Positions 28,245-41,974 are shown, numbered from the stretch's first letter. The stretch: DNA of 64,000 nt from Octopus vulgaris (GCA_951406725.2 OX597822.1:3162001-3226000), one strand, 5' to 3'. Program-made: numbers and translations. The notes: generated by a model not told the origin, from the sequence alone.

Positions 28245-29400
28245 ATATCGGGCTGAATAAAAAGTAAGCAACGTTTTGAAACATGAAATTCATCACAATA
28301 TACTCCAACAATGCGGAAATTTTATTCCTCAAAGTAAAGACCATTACAATCAACACATTTTTGCCAACGAGTTACAAGTTTGTTTATTCCGGTGACATAA
28401 AAATCTGGACTTCTGGATCTCTGATGAACTCTTTGGACGCATCGGTTTGATTTGTCAACTTTTTCTCTCGCAGGAAACCATCAAGGTGCTTGAAAAATAA
28501 AGTAGTCGTCGGTAGGAGTAAGGTCTGAGAAATAAGCTGGGTGGTGAAGAACTTCGTAGCCAAGTTTCTTCATCTTCTAGATTGTCATTAGTGAAATGCA
28601 TGGTCGAATATCGTCATGAAGAATGATGGACTCTCTTCTGTTGACCAGCCTGGGACGAAGGAGTTGTACCATTTTTTCGTTCATTTTGGCAATTTCATGG
28701 CGATATGTTTTTGAAGTAATGATTTTCCGGGTATTAAGAAGTTATAGTGGATGAGTCCTGCAGCACACCACCAAAACTGTTGAAGAGTTTGGGTTTTTTG
28801 AAGAGTTTGGGTTTAGGGAAGGTTTTCGGTTCCTCATTTTGGCCCAGCCACTGCGAAGAACGTTCTTTTATTATTGTACAGAATCAAATTTTAATGACAA
28901 GTTACAATACGGTCGAGAAATGGATCGGTCTTGTTACGGAGAAGAAGCGACGAGCAAATTTCAAATCTGCCCATTTTCTGAGTTTCCTTCAAATCTTGTG
29001 GTACTCATTTTGCGAGCTTTTTTTTATTTTCCGATCGCATGCAAATGGTTGCAGGAGGTTTTCTGGTTAACATGAAGTTCTGGCTAACATGAAGTGGTTT
29101 TACGTGGATCTTTCTCAATGAGGGTTTTTAATTGTCTGCAATCAATGGCAGATTTGCGTCCACTACGTTCACGATCTTCAAGGTTCAGGTTTCCACTGCG
29201 AAATGGTTTAAACCATTTTCGAGCTGACCACTCACTGGTCATTTCCTCACCAAATGTTTCGTTGATATCGCGAACAGTTTCAGCTGCTTTTCGCCCTTTT
29301 TAGAAGTTGAATAGCAAAATTGCTCGAATATCGCACTCTGACAGATCCATTTCAGATTATTGTAACAACAATGAAAAACAAAATCAATGTTAGTTTATTG
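28245..29400 (-). mobile_element. Decayed mariner (cecropia/Hsmar1-like); transposase pseudogene 28322-29350
   Basis: MDLSECDIRAILLFNF*KGRKAAETVRDINETFGE...WFKPFRSGNLNLEDRERSGR; LHHPAYFSDLTPTDDY; TIR-like end at 28245. Confidence 0.88.
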
Positions 29401-29589
29401 ATACATTTGGAGAAAACTCTGTATGTATTATTAGACAATTGCAAAGAAATGGTTAAAAAGAATTCAAAACTCTACAAAAATCCGATACAAATTCTTCATG
29501 GATCAAAACGTGGCTCTCGCAGGAAACCATCAGGAAACCTGATATAACACAAGAGACGCACTATGCCTTAGCCAAATAAGATAATAGCA

Positions 29590-29874
29590 TCTCACACAAG
29601 TGACCTTCGACCAGATCTAAATATTATTAAACGTTTATGATGCATTTTAGAAAAATAAGTAAGGAGTCGATATCCTCCACAATCATCACTACAAGAACTG
29701 GATACTTTTTTAGCTGAAGAATGGACAAAAATTCTTTTGGAAACAATTCAAACTTTGTACGAGTCAATATCTCATGGAATTCAAGTTGTAATTACTGCCA
29801 AGGGCAGTCCTACCCCATATGAAAATAAATTTGCTTGAAATATAAGGCGTTTCCATAATTTTGTCCAACCCCTG
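29590..29874 (+). mobile_element. Tc1-like transposon 3' end
   Basis: PDLNII...EEWTKILLETIQTLYESI...AKGSPTPY*, then TIR ttttgtccaacccctg-TA. Confidence 0.8.
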
Positions 29875-29887
29875 TATATGTATGTAC

Positions 29888-29943
<56 letters not shown>

Positions 29944-30072
29944 ATGTATTTATATATATGTATACATGAAGATATGTATTTATATTTATATCTATATATG
30001 TATGTATCCATATGTATGCATATACATGTATGTATATATATGTATGTATATATGCGTATATATAGGTATATG

Positions 30073-30113
<41 letters not shown>

Positions 30114-30114
30114 T

Positions 30115-30310
30115 GTGAGTGTGTCTGTGTTTCTACCCCCCCCCCCCATTGCTTGACAACCGGTGTTGCTGTGTTTACGTTCCCATAACTTAGCGGTACT
30201 GATGGAATAAATACTAGGCTTACAAAGCATAAATCCTGTGGTCGACTTTTTCTACCATAGGGGATGCTTCAGCATGGCCGCCTTCACATGAATGAAACAA
30301 TTAAAACAGA
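30115..30310 (+). mobile_element. SINE family 2, 3' half
   Basis: Homologous to 35540-35760 and 22720-22830. Confidence 0.75.
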
Positions 30311-31134
30311 AAAAAAACTATGCTATTTTAATCCTGAGCAAGGCCAGGTTTTCTCTGCTAGTATAAATATATATATATATATATATATACCACACACAAA
30401 CATACACCTGTATGTATATAAGCATGCAAATATTGATAGAAAAATACATACATTCACAGGTATATGTATGTAAACATATGTGTGTGTGGGGGGGGGGCGT
30501 GTGTGTATGTGTATGTATATATACACACTCAAACACGTATATACAGAAACAGTTAACAAAAATCTATAACATCACAGTAGCTTTGTAGGATACACAGTTT
30601 TAAACATTTATGAGCACATTGATTTAAATACATATATACATACATACATACATATATACATACATACATAAATACATACAGATGTACATACATACATACA
30701 TACATACATACATACATACTACGTAGTTAACATACATGCATGCAAAGCTCAATCCGGAATAATAGCTTGTTTAATGGGTATTTGTAAATAATTTTTTCTC
30801 AACGTTATATATAATTTAAATTATCGAATTATTTTTGTGAAGAAGAATTACACATGAAACCTAAACAATGATAATACGAGCAGATAATGGAGAAATTTCT
30901 GATATGGTATAGGAATACAAGGTGAATAATAGATGATAGTAAGAGACGTATTGTTTAGTCGTTTCTATAAGATCTATTGTGATGCGTTGTTCTGATGAAT
31001 TTAGACAAACTATAAACGGATAAACCGCCATTGATATATACAGACTTTTGCAAATATGCACATACGTTTACATGGGTTTTGTGTTTATATATAATGTTTT
31101 CATTATATGTGTAAATGTTTACTAATACCCAGTT

Positions 31135-31522
<388 letters not shown>

Positions 31523-32160
31523 TAGCTAACTAACGATGTGTTTCCTTACACACCTACATGTACACAGACATGCATATATACAGATGCGTATGTATATCTG
31601 GCAAACGTTGGTTTAATTCTGTTCATTCTGATTGCATACCTTATTGGTTGGTTACTTCTACTGGGGGTAGATTAATGTGAATAAGAATTACGTGTAGTGT
31701 AGGCAGATAAGGGAGGTAAACGTGTAGGATGTGAAGGTAAGTTAAACGATAGGAGAAAATACATATTTGCAGTTTGTGAGATAAAGACATAATAGAGACA
31801 ATTATTTTGGTGTGATAGATGGGGCCTTAATATTCAGGGGTCCGTTATACTTGAAAGGAAAGGAAAGGTATTTTCAAATGTATCTTATTAGGGCACAATT
31901 ACTAGGAGGAAATCTTTGGCGTAACTTCTCAAGATTTATTTTTATCTGAAGCTAATTTAGTGTTAATTAGGGTTCACGAAGGATGGTCATAAATAAAATG
32001 GTTTGATTTGTAATATACTTGAGATAACCTTTGAAGTTATTGTTTGTGTTAGTGGCTTTCTTCAAGAAAGTTTAAACTCGCTGTTATATAAGGATTTGGA
32101 CAGAGATTTTGCTACTATGAAATATATATACTGCGTTAATGTAATTTGTTTTAATTGTAG

Positions 32161-32228
<68 letters not shown>

Positions 32229-32282
32229 ATATTGTGGTAAAATTATTAATTACTAATCAATATATATGTATATATATGTATA

Positions 32283-32386
<104 letters not shown>

Positions 32387-32389
32387 TAC

Positions 32390-32448
<59 letters not shown>

Positions 32449-32461
32449 TATACATACACAA

Positions 32462-32660
32462 TATGAGACCGCGTGTGTATAGGCGATTTTGTTTCTCGGT
32501 CTTCCCTTCTTTGGACTTTTCTATATTTCTGACGAAGAGCTCCGCTCGAAACACGTATTTTTTTTTCTTTCCTTTCTTGAGCGTCAAATAAATACTGTAT
32601 TTATTCCACGTCCTCGCGTTGTTATCTTTTATTGCTTGTTCATGTTTAGATTAACTGCAT
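32462..32660 (+). mobile_element. Short HHR-like repeat (gagctccgctc family)
   Basis: CTGACGA-a-gagc tcc gctc-GAAA at ~32529-32551. Confidence 0.75.
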
Positions 32661-32669
32661 ATATATATA

Positions 32670-33055
32670 CTAGCAGTATCGCCCGGCGTTGCTCAGGTTT
32701 GTAAGGGAAATAACTATAAAGCATTTTTAGAGAGTTATGGCCAAAAAATAGCAAAAAAATGGAAAAAAAAATGATGGTAAATTTTTTTTGAGAGTGAAAA
32801 AAGGGGGAGTTGCGTCCCCTAGACGGTCCGTGGTTTGTGTTTCTGATTCTCGACCCCATGTCGAATTTATCGATTTTTTTCAGAACTGGGGGAACTTTTC
32901 AAAATTTTCGCTGCGTTAGTTTTGAATTATGACATTGGGCTATGTGTGTGTCAAGTTTCATCAGAATCGGTTGAAAGCCGTGGTCAGGGTGAGGGTACAA
33001 CCAAACAGACACACAGAAACACACACAGACAAACTGCCGTTTATATAGAGAGAGA
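32670..33055 (-). mobile_element. Non-autonomous Helitron
   Basis: Minus strand starts A|TCTCTCTATAT and ends with a GC hairpin remnant plus CTAG|T; ends shared with 61717-62083. Confidence 0.7.
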
Positions 33056-33069
33056 TACATATATGTATG

Positions 33070-33101
<32 letters not shown>

Positions 33102-33358
33102 CATACATAAATATACACACAGACATATATAGATATACATACATATACATGCATAAACATATATACACCTATATATGTACATGCACACACATATACATAT
33201 ATATATATATCCACACATATGTGTAAACACATACGCATGTGTCTATATGTGTGTCGAATGTTTACAGGAAATTATATATGTACATGTTTAGGTGTGTGTA
33301 TATATCTATATATATTTTATATACATTTGTATATATATACATATGTGTGTGTATGTGT

Positions 33359-33389
<31 letters not shown>

Positions 33390-33429
33390 AAGCTGCTGGA
33401 GACAGATGATACCCCGCTGGAAGGCCACA

Positions 33430-33770
33430 TGTTGCTGGAAGGCCACATGTGCGAATGCAGTTTTTGGCTCCATGCCATATCCCCGGAAAGAGACAGAAGT
33501 GAACATTTTGGAGAACTGCTACAACTTTACCAGCTCCAGTTTCTGGTCTCCTAATTACGCTGATTGTAATTCCATGGATTTCTATGTGTGGGGCGGAGTT
33601 TAGAAATACATCAACTGCCGCTCCTGCGACACCAAAACCAAAACCAAGTGAGTGATCGAGCATCTTCCCAGGGACACAGTGAGGAAACTATGTCCCGTCC
33701 TCTGGATCCGTCTTGAAGCTGTGCTGATAACTGAGGGCGGATACTTTGAGTAAACTGTTATCTCGCAGAC
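33430..33770 (+). mobile_element. Tc1/mariner (DD37D-like) transposase fragment
   Basis: FWSPNYADCNSMDFYVWG resembles WPPNSPDLNPLDYYVWG. Confidence 0.7.
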
Positions 33771-34023
33771 ATCTACCTTACATTTTTGATTTTCTTAAGA
33801 TACTTTCATATTTGGATGAAATATTGCGTTATTGTGATTCTTTTCCTTTAATATATATGAGAACGGAGTACGCCATCTCTACACCTTTAATATATATGGA
33901 TATATATATATATATAAATATATATATATATGTGTGTGGGTGTGTGCGTGTGTGTGTGTGTAGAAAGAATAGAAAAGGTGATAAACGCTCCAATGTTATT
34001 AAATAATTTATGACTTCATATCT

Positions 34024-34107
34024 CCTACACATGTTTCGATGGAGGCATACAAGTTACGTCCGACAGGATGAGTAATGGTCAGCTATGCATCAATCCCTTC
34101 AGGGAGG
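34024..34107 (-). ncRNA. Degenerate hammerhead-like motif
   Basis: cctcc-CTGAAGG-gat...atc-GAAA-catg-T-gtagg; core and cleavage triplet damaged. Confidence 0.35.
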
Positions 34108-34639
34108 ATATAAATAAGAGTACTCATCAAAAAGACATTTTAACAGATAGATGAAGCCCCCAAATATGTGACGTATATATATGCATATGCAAACACGCGC
34201 GCATACACACATAAAGGCAACATGTGTTTAGATAAACATATATTTCATACTAATATTACATATATATATATAAGTAAACACACACATATTGATATATCCA
34301 TATATTTACCCATACAAACATACATATATACACATGCGCACATAGGTATACGAACATATACATATACACACATACGTATACATATATATATATATATATT
34401 ATATATATATATATTATATATATACATACCTATACACATACATATGCACATACATATACATATATGCACACTTCCATATACATGTACATACAAACACATC
34501 TACACACACATATATATACTCACAACACATACATATGCTAACGTTAATGGACGTATACGACTACGTACTTACACACATAATCACACTTACACATACACGT
34601 ACAAGAGCATACACAACCCAGAGAAAAATAGATAGATAG

Positions 34640-34825
34640 ATTAGCCACTACACACATATTTTCTCTCCTTGTTTCTCTCCTTGTTTTTTCTGTGTCCCTT
34701 TCCGTAGAAGAGCGTAGGCTCGAAACGTAAAAGTCTTTTTCTATTCCTGAGCGTAATACTAATACATCTGTGTGTTTTGTACACCACCTGTCTTCGTCTA
34801 TTGTTTTTTTTCTTAAACTTTCCCT

Positions 34826-34826
<1 letters not shown>
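34640..34826 (+). mobile_element. Short HHR-like repeat (gagcgtaggctc family)
   Basis: Homologous to 3925-4035 and 62628-62800; in a (TAGA)n context. Confidence 0.75.
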
Positions 34827-34869
<43 letters not shown>

Positions 34870-35478
34870 GTGTACAAATAATAACACATGGATAGTGGTT
34901 CATTCTCTACAGCTGTTTCAGCCGCGTTTTGTTTTATTGGTGAATAGAGTTATTACACCAGTGGACACATGCTACGAATTAAACATTAAAAAATATTCCA
35001 CGAATCCAAGTATGTACCATTTTATGACTCTCCGGCGTTCTTCAAAACTTGTATTAGCATACAGACATACACAATGATACACATAGGCATACATATTCTA
35101 ACTTAGAAGTTTTGCCTTCAACATTTTCTCCGACACTTCATGTAAGAACTGAAAAAGAAAAGATTAGAAATATTTGGAAAAGGAATGAATATAAAAAGGC
35201 GATTGGATTATTTTCGGTATTTTATTGATTATCAACATCCACAAAACACATACATCTTATTTTTCTACGCTATCTCAGAATTCAAATATCTTTAATGTGT
35301 AGGGCAGCAAAATCCTCTGTAGACAATACGTTTGGGAATTTTCTGTGAGATCGTAAACATTGTAGCGTGTACACACAGTGCTATGTATGAGTACAATACC
35401 AACTCAATGAAGGCGGAGTTTCGTTTCCCTCGATTTTCTTTCTGTACGTGAAGAAACAATTTGCTATCTCTTCAATGT

Positions 35479-35527
<49 letters not shown>

Positions 35528-35539
35528 GTGTGTGTATAT

Positions 35540-35760
35540 GTTTATGTGTTGGTGTTTCTCCTCCCAACATCGCTTGACAACCGACGGTGGTGTGTTTGCG
35601 TCCCCGTAACTTAGCGGTTCGGCAATAGAGACCGATAGAATAAGTACTAGGCTTACAAAGAATAAGTCTCGGGGGCGATTTGCTCGACTAAAGGCAGTGC
35701 TCCAGCATGGTCGCATTCAAATGTCTGAAACAAGTACAAGAGTAAAAGACTAAAAGACAT
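35540..35760 (+). mobile_element. SINE family 2, 3' half
   Basis: catcgcttgacaaccga...gctccagcatggtcgc...gaaacaagta. Confidence 0.8.
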
Positions 35761-35911
35761 ACAAAAAGAGGAGGTTTAAAATAAAAGATTCTTGCACTTG
35801 TATTTAATATGTTGGGTACACTTCACTGCACATATATACAATGAATGATCTTCTTATATAGGAAAAATGTTCCATATCATCATCTTGGATAACACAATAT
35901 TGAAAGAGTCT

Positions 35912-36492
35912 GAAGGCGGCGAGCTAGCACAAACGTTAGCACGCCGGGCGAAATGCTTAGCGGTATTTCGTCTGTCTTTACGTTCTGAGTTCAAATTCCG
36001 CCGAGGTCGACTTTGCCTTTCATCCTTTCGGGGCCGATTAAATAAGTACCAGTTACGCACTGGGGTCGATATAGTCGACTTAATCCATTTGTCTGTCCTT
36101 GTTTGTCCCTTCTGTGTTTAGCACCTTGTGGGTAGTAAAGAAATAGCTATTTCGTCTGCCGCTAGGTTCTGAGTTCAAATTCCGTCGATGTCGACTTTGC
36201 CTTTCATTCTTTCGGGGTCGATTAAATAAGTACCAGTTACGCACTGGGGTCGATGTAATCGACTTAACCCGTTTGTCTATCCTTGTTTGTCCTCTCAGTG
36301 TTTAGCCCCTTGTGGGTAGTAAAGAAATAGGTATTTCGTCTGTCTGAGTTCAAATTCCGCCGAAGTCGACTTTGCCTTTCAACCTTTTCAGCGATGATAA
36401 ATTATGTAACAGTTGCGTACTAGGGTCGATCTAAACGACTGACACCCTACCCAAAAATTTCGGGCCTCGTGCTTAGAGTAAGAAAGAATATT
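35912..36492 (+). mobile_element. SINE family 1 trimer
   Basis: One head; bodies restart at ~36147 and ~36330. Confidence 0.9.
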
Positions 36493-37074
36493 GAAAAAGT
36501 CAGTGGGACTACAAATGCTACAGAATCGTCTTCGATAACCGCCCTTCGCGATTTCACATCAGCAACATGACAATATGCACGTGAATCTAAGTGTGTGTGT
36601 GTGGGGGGGGCATGCATGTGTGTGTTTATGTGCGTACATATATATACATATATAGACACACACACACACTCATATATATGTATATATTTATAAATATTTG
36701 CATGTATACATGCTTATCATATACATTCATACATACATTCATATATATTACTTTTTGGGAATTAGTTCTCGAAGTGCACATAGAGGCATTAATAATAACA
36801 TATAGATATGCTATTATTTATAAATAAAAAGATGCCATTGAATAGATAAAGTCGAAGGTGACCCTTAGGACACAAACCTACATCCTCCAAAGACATGACA
36901 GGCGTCATGACGCCAACACCATCGATCGATCCATCCATCCATCGATCCATCCATCCATCCATCCATCCATCCATCCATCTCTACGTGCGTACATAATACT
37001 TACATACATATGTATATATTACATATATACATACGTGCAAACATATATACATAAATTAATACATACGTAGATAC

Positions 37075-37105
<31 letters not shown>

Positions 37106-37237
37106 CATACATACATACATACATCTATGTATACATGCATACACACTAGTATGAAGAAGTTCGTGCATGTTTACATTACTTGAAGTTTTACAGACAGGAA
37201 CAGAACATAACATAAAATAAAGAACAGTGAAAAACGC

Positions 37238-37380
<143 letters not shown>

Positions 37381-37422
37381 TTTTCCACTGTTCTTTATTC
37401 TATGTTATATTCATTATATAAC

Positions 37423-37468
<46 letters not shown>

Positions 37469-38556
37469 ATGCATGCATGTATGTATACATAACGCCTGAT
37501 CGCCCGTCAGACATCCGTTCTCTTTCCTTTTTGTTTCTTTTATTCTCCAGTTATTTTCTGCTATTTTCTGCTCCCGTGGATTCTCCTAAAGGAATCCACG
37601 GGAGCATAAAACTCTGAATAGCGTCAAAGTGAATGGTAAGCATAGAATGATTAAATATACTCTTGTTGATAGATGAAGAATTATTTTCGTCTGTTTCTCT
37701 GTTTATACATGGAAGCCCGTATATCATATTTCATATATTCCGATGTATTCACGCATGTGTTCATACGGGCATTTATTACAAGTGTGTCCGCCGCCTGTAT
37801 GTCAATCTAAGTAGTTTGCTCAGTAACTGGTCGCATATTATGATTACATTGCGTGAATGGATCTTGTTTAAAGCGATATTATGCAATTATCCAGAGCATC
37901 AAAGATTTAACCTCCAGCAGCTGATAATAGCTTTGTTATTGCAGATGGGAAAAGATCAATGTGCAGAGGAAAAACCCAATCGAACGATACTGAAAGTGTT
38001 ACCATGTAATCGATGCATTACTTCGTCTTCCCAAACAAATCAAGTTAAGACTTGCAGATGTAAGACTATTAAATAGGTTATACATACGTGTTTGTGTGTG
38101 TGTGTCTGTGTGTGTGTTTGTGTGTCTAAACGTACTCAGATATATGCATGTGCATGTGTATATGTATGTAAATATATACATGTGTGTGTGTGTGTGTATA
38201 TTTCTATGCAAATACATTATTATGGAGTATACCCAAAGATTATAGCCTTCGTTCCCTTCGAAAATTTATTCAATTAATTTATAAAAATTTAGTAAATTAA
38301 TGAGACAGTACTAAAAATCTATCGCATTTATTACATAACCTCCACGTGGACAGTAACACGGGGATCAACTGGTTGATCCTCTTGCAGGTGAATAAAACAG
38401 TAACGGCGTCGTCAATTTGACCCCTTTAATTGTCCTCATTGAGGTTGCATAATTAACATGACACACCTCGACAACTGTCTCCTGTATTTAGTAAATTTAA
38501 AGTGTTCCAGTAACTTACGAACGCAAAAACGGTTAGTCTTTGAACATACCCTAGAG

Positions 38557-39022
38557 CAGGCTTGGCGAACTCAAATTACAGTCCACTTTAATGACAGACA
38601 GCTTTTGAGGGCCCCTGGTATATTTTATGCACTAATAGTCAAATAATCAAATTATAGAATCAAGAATTTTTTATATTTTCATTTCATAGTATATATTGCC
38701 ACTTAAATTTGGCTAACTCTTAAAAGTTGATGCTACTGTAGCTTGCAGTAGCATCAACCCTTAAGGGTTAACCACATTTAAATGGCATATATACTTCACG
38801 ATGTCGTGCAGCTACTGTTAATACCTCGCTCAGAGATTTATAAAATGTTAGGCTATTGCTTTATTGCCACTTATAAATTTAAAATTAATTTTGAAACGTA
38901 TGTTTTACACAATAAATTTATTTGGAAATTAAACGCAATACTTCAAGAAAGTTTCAAGCGGGATACAAGATAAAAGTCTGCGGGCCGCATGCGGCTCCAG
39001 GGCTTCAGGCTGGCCAGCCCTG
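38557..39022. mobile_element. Non-autonomous hAT (Charlie-like) element
   Basis: Ends CAGG.../...CCCTG; 8-bp TSD ccctagag (38549-38556) / ccctaaag (39023-39030); subterminal gggccgcatgcggc. Confidence 0.8.
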
Positions 39023-39045
39023 CCCTAAAGTAACATTTATTATAT

Positions 39046-39079
<34 letters not shown>

Positions 39080-39082
39080 GTA

Positions 39083-39857
39083 TAAAACACATTGAGAGGC
39101 TTCCATCATAGGAATGCCTTGCGCTAGAAACAACAGTTAAAGTCTAAGCCACTAATTAGGGATAAATTCTCGAAGGGAATGAAAAATAAAAACATTTACC
39201 ATCTAATTCAATTGAATTAGATGGTAAATGTTCTTTCTAGCGCAAGGCATTCCTATGATGGAAGTCTCTTAATGTGTTTTAATGTACACTGTATTTTATA
39301 TGAATAATATATAGTCTTTTGACTAAATTTTTTGCGCTAGACTACTGGTAGTAAAAATTGCTATAATTTTTATTACCCTGATATTATTTATTATGTTTAA
39401 TGATTTCTGGTAAATTTGTTCGAAGTTTTTACCGGCATCCTCTCCGTTGCCGACAATAGACTGCGACTGCGCAGTGGATTTGAAAAAAATTAAAATGTAC
39501 AAGCAATGAGTTTACATGCGGAATCGATCTCGCTGTGTGTATATTTATTCTAAGGCTACCCGCTGAAGAAGACGACCTCAGTAAATTTTAATTTTACTGA
39601 TATAAGTCAGAAACCATGGTCCGGGAATTGAATTAGATGGTAAATGTTTTTTTACTTTTCATTCCCTTCGAGAATTTATTCCTAATTAGTGACTTGGACT
39701 TTAACTGTTGTTTCTAGCGCAAGGCATTCCTATGATGGAAGCCTCTTAATGTGTTTTAATGTACACGGTATTTTATATGAATAATATATAGTCTTTTGAC
39801 TAAATTTTTTGCGCTAGACCACTGGTAGTAAAAATTGCTATAATTTTTATTACCCTG

Positions 39858-39863
<6 letters not shown>
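39083..39863 (+). mobile_element. Retrozyme-like element, 477 bp unit, partial tandem with 5' inversion
   Basis: 39083-39212 is the reverse complement of 39626-39757; direct repeat 39235-39386 / 39712-39863; HHR at 39559-39625; ends in (TA)n. Confidence 0.85.
39559..39625 (+). ncRNA. Type I hammerhead ribozyme
   Basis: cccg-CTGAAGA-a-gac..tcagtaaa/tttactga..gtc-a-GAAA-ccatgg-TC-cggg; predicted cleavage after 39621. Confidence 0.78.
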
Positions 39864-39892
<29 letters not shown>

Positions 39893-40118
39893 GAAATATT
39901 AAAATTACTAAGTCTCTCTAAAAGAGAACAGCGGCAGCGTTCCCGGAAAATAATAGTTATCGCCATACTAATATGGCATTCTTATAAAAATAAGAATAAA
40001 GCTGTCCGCTTATTAGCTCCATGAGGCCATCGCCTTAAGTTAGCTATTTGATACACAAACTGTATCCATATAACCTTCGAACAAGGGAGGTCAGTCGCTC
40101 CACACTACTTGACCGGCA

Positions 40119-40160
40119 GCTACAGACGCGTTTCGGGGTATTGCCTCTTTTCAATGCAGC
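40119..40160 (-). ncRNA. Minimal type I hammerhead with U3-A8 core
   Basis: gctgca-TTGAAAA-gagg caata cccc-GAAA-cgcg-TC-tgtagc. Confidence 0.75.
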
Positions 40161-40480
40161 GTCGCCAGCCAGTAGGTGTCGCTTCCGACAATCTCTGTTC
40201 GATGGTTTTATTTACCTAGTTTCAGTGGAATACATCCACTTGTTTTCAATAATAGAAATATTAAAATTACTAAGTCTCTCTAAAAGAGAACAGCGGCAGC
40301 GTTCCCGGAAAATAATAGTTATCGCCATACTAATATGGCATTCTTATAAAAATAAGAATAAAGCTGTCCGCTTATTAGCTCCATGAGGCCATCGCCTTAA
40401 GTTAGCTATTTGATACACAAACTGTATCCATATAACCTTCGAACAAGGGAGGTCAGTCGCTCCACACTACTTGACCGGCA

Positions 40481-40522
40481 GCTACAGACGCGTTTCGGGG
40501 TATTGCCTCTTTTCAATGCAGC
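40481..40522 (-). ncRNA. Minimal type I hammerhead with U3-A8 core (copy 2)
   Basis: Same as 40119-40160. Confidence 0.75.
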
Positions 40523-40843
40523 GTCGCCAGCCAGTAGGTGTCGCTTCCGACAATCTCTGTTCGATGGTTTTATTTACCTAGTTTCAGTGGAATACATCCA
40601 CTTGTTTTCAATAATAGAAATATTAAAATTACTAAGTCTCTCTAAAAGAGAACAGCGGCAGCGTTCCCGGAAAATAATAGTTATCGCCATACTAATATGG
40701 CATTCTTATAAAAATAAGAATAAAGCTGTCCGCTTATTAGCTCCATGAGGCCATCGCCTTAAGTTAGCTATTTGATACACAAACTGTATCCATATAACCT
40801 TCGAACAAGGGAGGTCAGTCGCTCCACACTACTTGGCCGGCAG

Positions 40844-40879
40844 CTACAGACGCGTTTCAGGGTATTGCCCCTTTTCAAT

Positions 40880-40883
<4 letters not shown>
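40844..40883 (-). ncRNA. Minimal type I hammerhead with U3-A8 core (copy 3)
   Basis: ctaca-TTGAAAA-gggg caata ccct-GAAA-cgcg-TC-tgtag; substitutions keep the stems paired. Confidence 0.78.
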
Positions 40884-40917
<34 letters not shown>

Positions 40918-40919
<2 letters not shown>

Positions 40920-41123
40920 TTAATCCAAACAAGAAAGCACAAAAAAAAAACACAACAACGCGAGGACATGGAACAAATATAGTATTATTGGACGCTCAGG
41001 AAAGAAGGAGGGTTTAACGTTTCTAGCGGAGCTCTTCGTCGGAAACATAGGAGAAGGAAAGATCCAGAGACGGGAAGACAGAGGAAAAAAAATCGCCAAT
41101 GGTACACATGCAGTAACATTTTG

Positions 41124-41125
<2 letters not shown>
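40918..41125 (-). mobile_element. Short HHR-like repeat (gagctccgctc family)
   Basis: Reverse-complement homolog of 23095-23310. Confidence 0.8.
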
Positions 41126-41165
<40 letters not shown>

Positions 41166-41707
41166 TCGTGTCCAAATGTGGAGCCTTCAACTTATTCTAT
41201 GCAGAGGGGATTTTGAATCCAATATTTACGTTAATATTCGAAGCGTTATATGTGTGCTTGGGGATCCATTTCCCAACGAGAATTGTTTCTGTTCTTTCGA
41301 AGGTTTATAGATTCTTATGGCATCAAAAATAAGTGTTCGTGTGTATGTGTGTATTTGTGTGTGTATATGTGTGAGTGTGTGTATATACATGTGTCTTGAG
41401 AGCAATGGACACAAAATAAAAGACAACACAGATGGACAAGTTTTAACAAATATTCTTTTCCCTCAGTCGCCGGGCAAAATCCAGAGCGGCATATGAAATA
41501 CTTCGCGTGTTAATTATTTTCATAAAGTTTCTTTAGATATTTCGTAACGGTTGCAAATTTTAATATATATATCCAGTAGTTTTGAGGAATCAAGCAAGTC
41601 GATTAGATAGGCCTCGGTGCTCAACTGGTACTTGTTTCATCGACCACGAAAAGATAAAAGCAAAATCGACCTAAGCGAAATTGGAAAGGTCAGAACTGAC
41701 TACTTTT

Positions 41708-41737
41708 GCTGCTCTGCTGCTGCTGCTGCTGTTACTG

Positions 41738-41806
<69 letters not shown>

Positions 41807-41810
41807 TGAT

Positions 41811-41858
<48 letters not shown>

Positions 41859-41865
41859 AACAACA

Positions 41866-41925
<60 letters not shown>

Positions 41926-41943
41926 GCTACTACTACTACTACT
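41708..41943. repeat. (GCT)n/(ACT)n microsatellite
   Basis: Directly visible. Confidence 0.95.
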
Positions 41944-41974
41944 CTGCTACCTCGCCGCTTTTTAGAATGTAAAT

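Larger units (their letters stand above)
39888..40883 (-). mobile_element. Retrozyme-like tandem array, 362 bp unit x2.75
   Basis: Units at 39889, 40251, 40613; near-identical; HHR in each; bounded by (TA)n and (GA)n. Confidence 0.9.

Noticed and set aside
31600-32130. Possible retroelement coding remnant
   Set aside because: No motif could be read with confidence
34905-35048. Minus-strand HHR-like ttgaagaa...gaaacagctgta
   Set aside because: U3 without A8 and poor stem I; too decayed to call
37663-38076. 137-aa ORF in non-repetitive sequence
   Set aside because: TTG start, no recognisable domain or coherent splice structure
40048-41017. Repeated 112-aa ORF
   Set aside because: Starts at TTG, is antisense to the ribozymes, and is explained by the 362-bp tandem repeat
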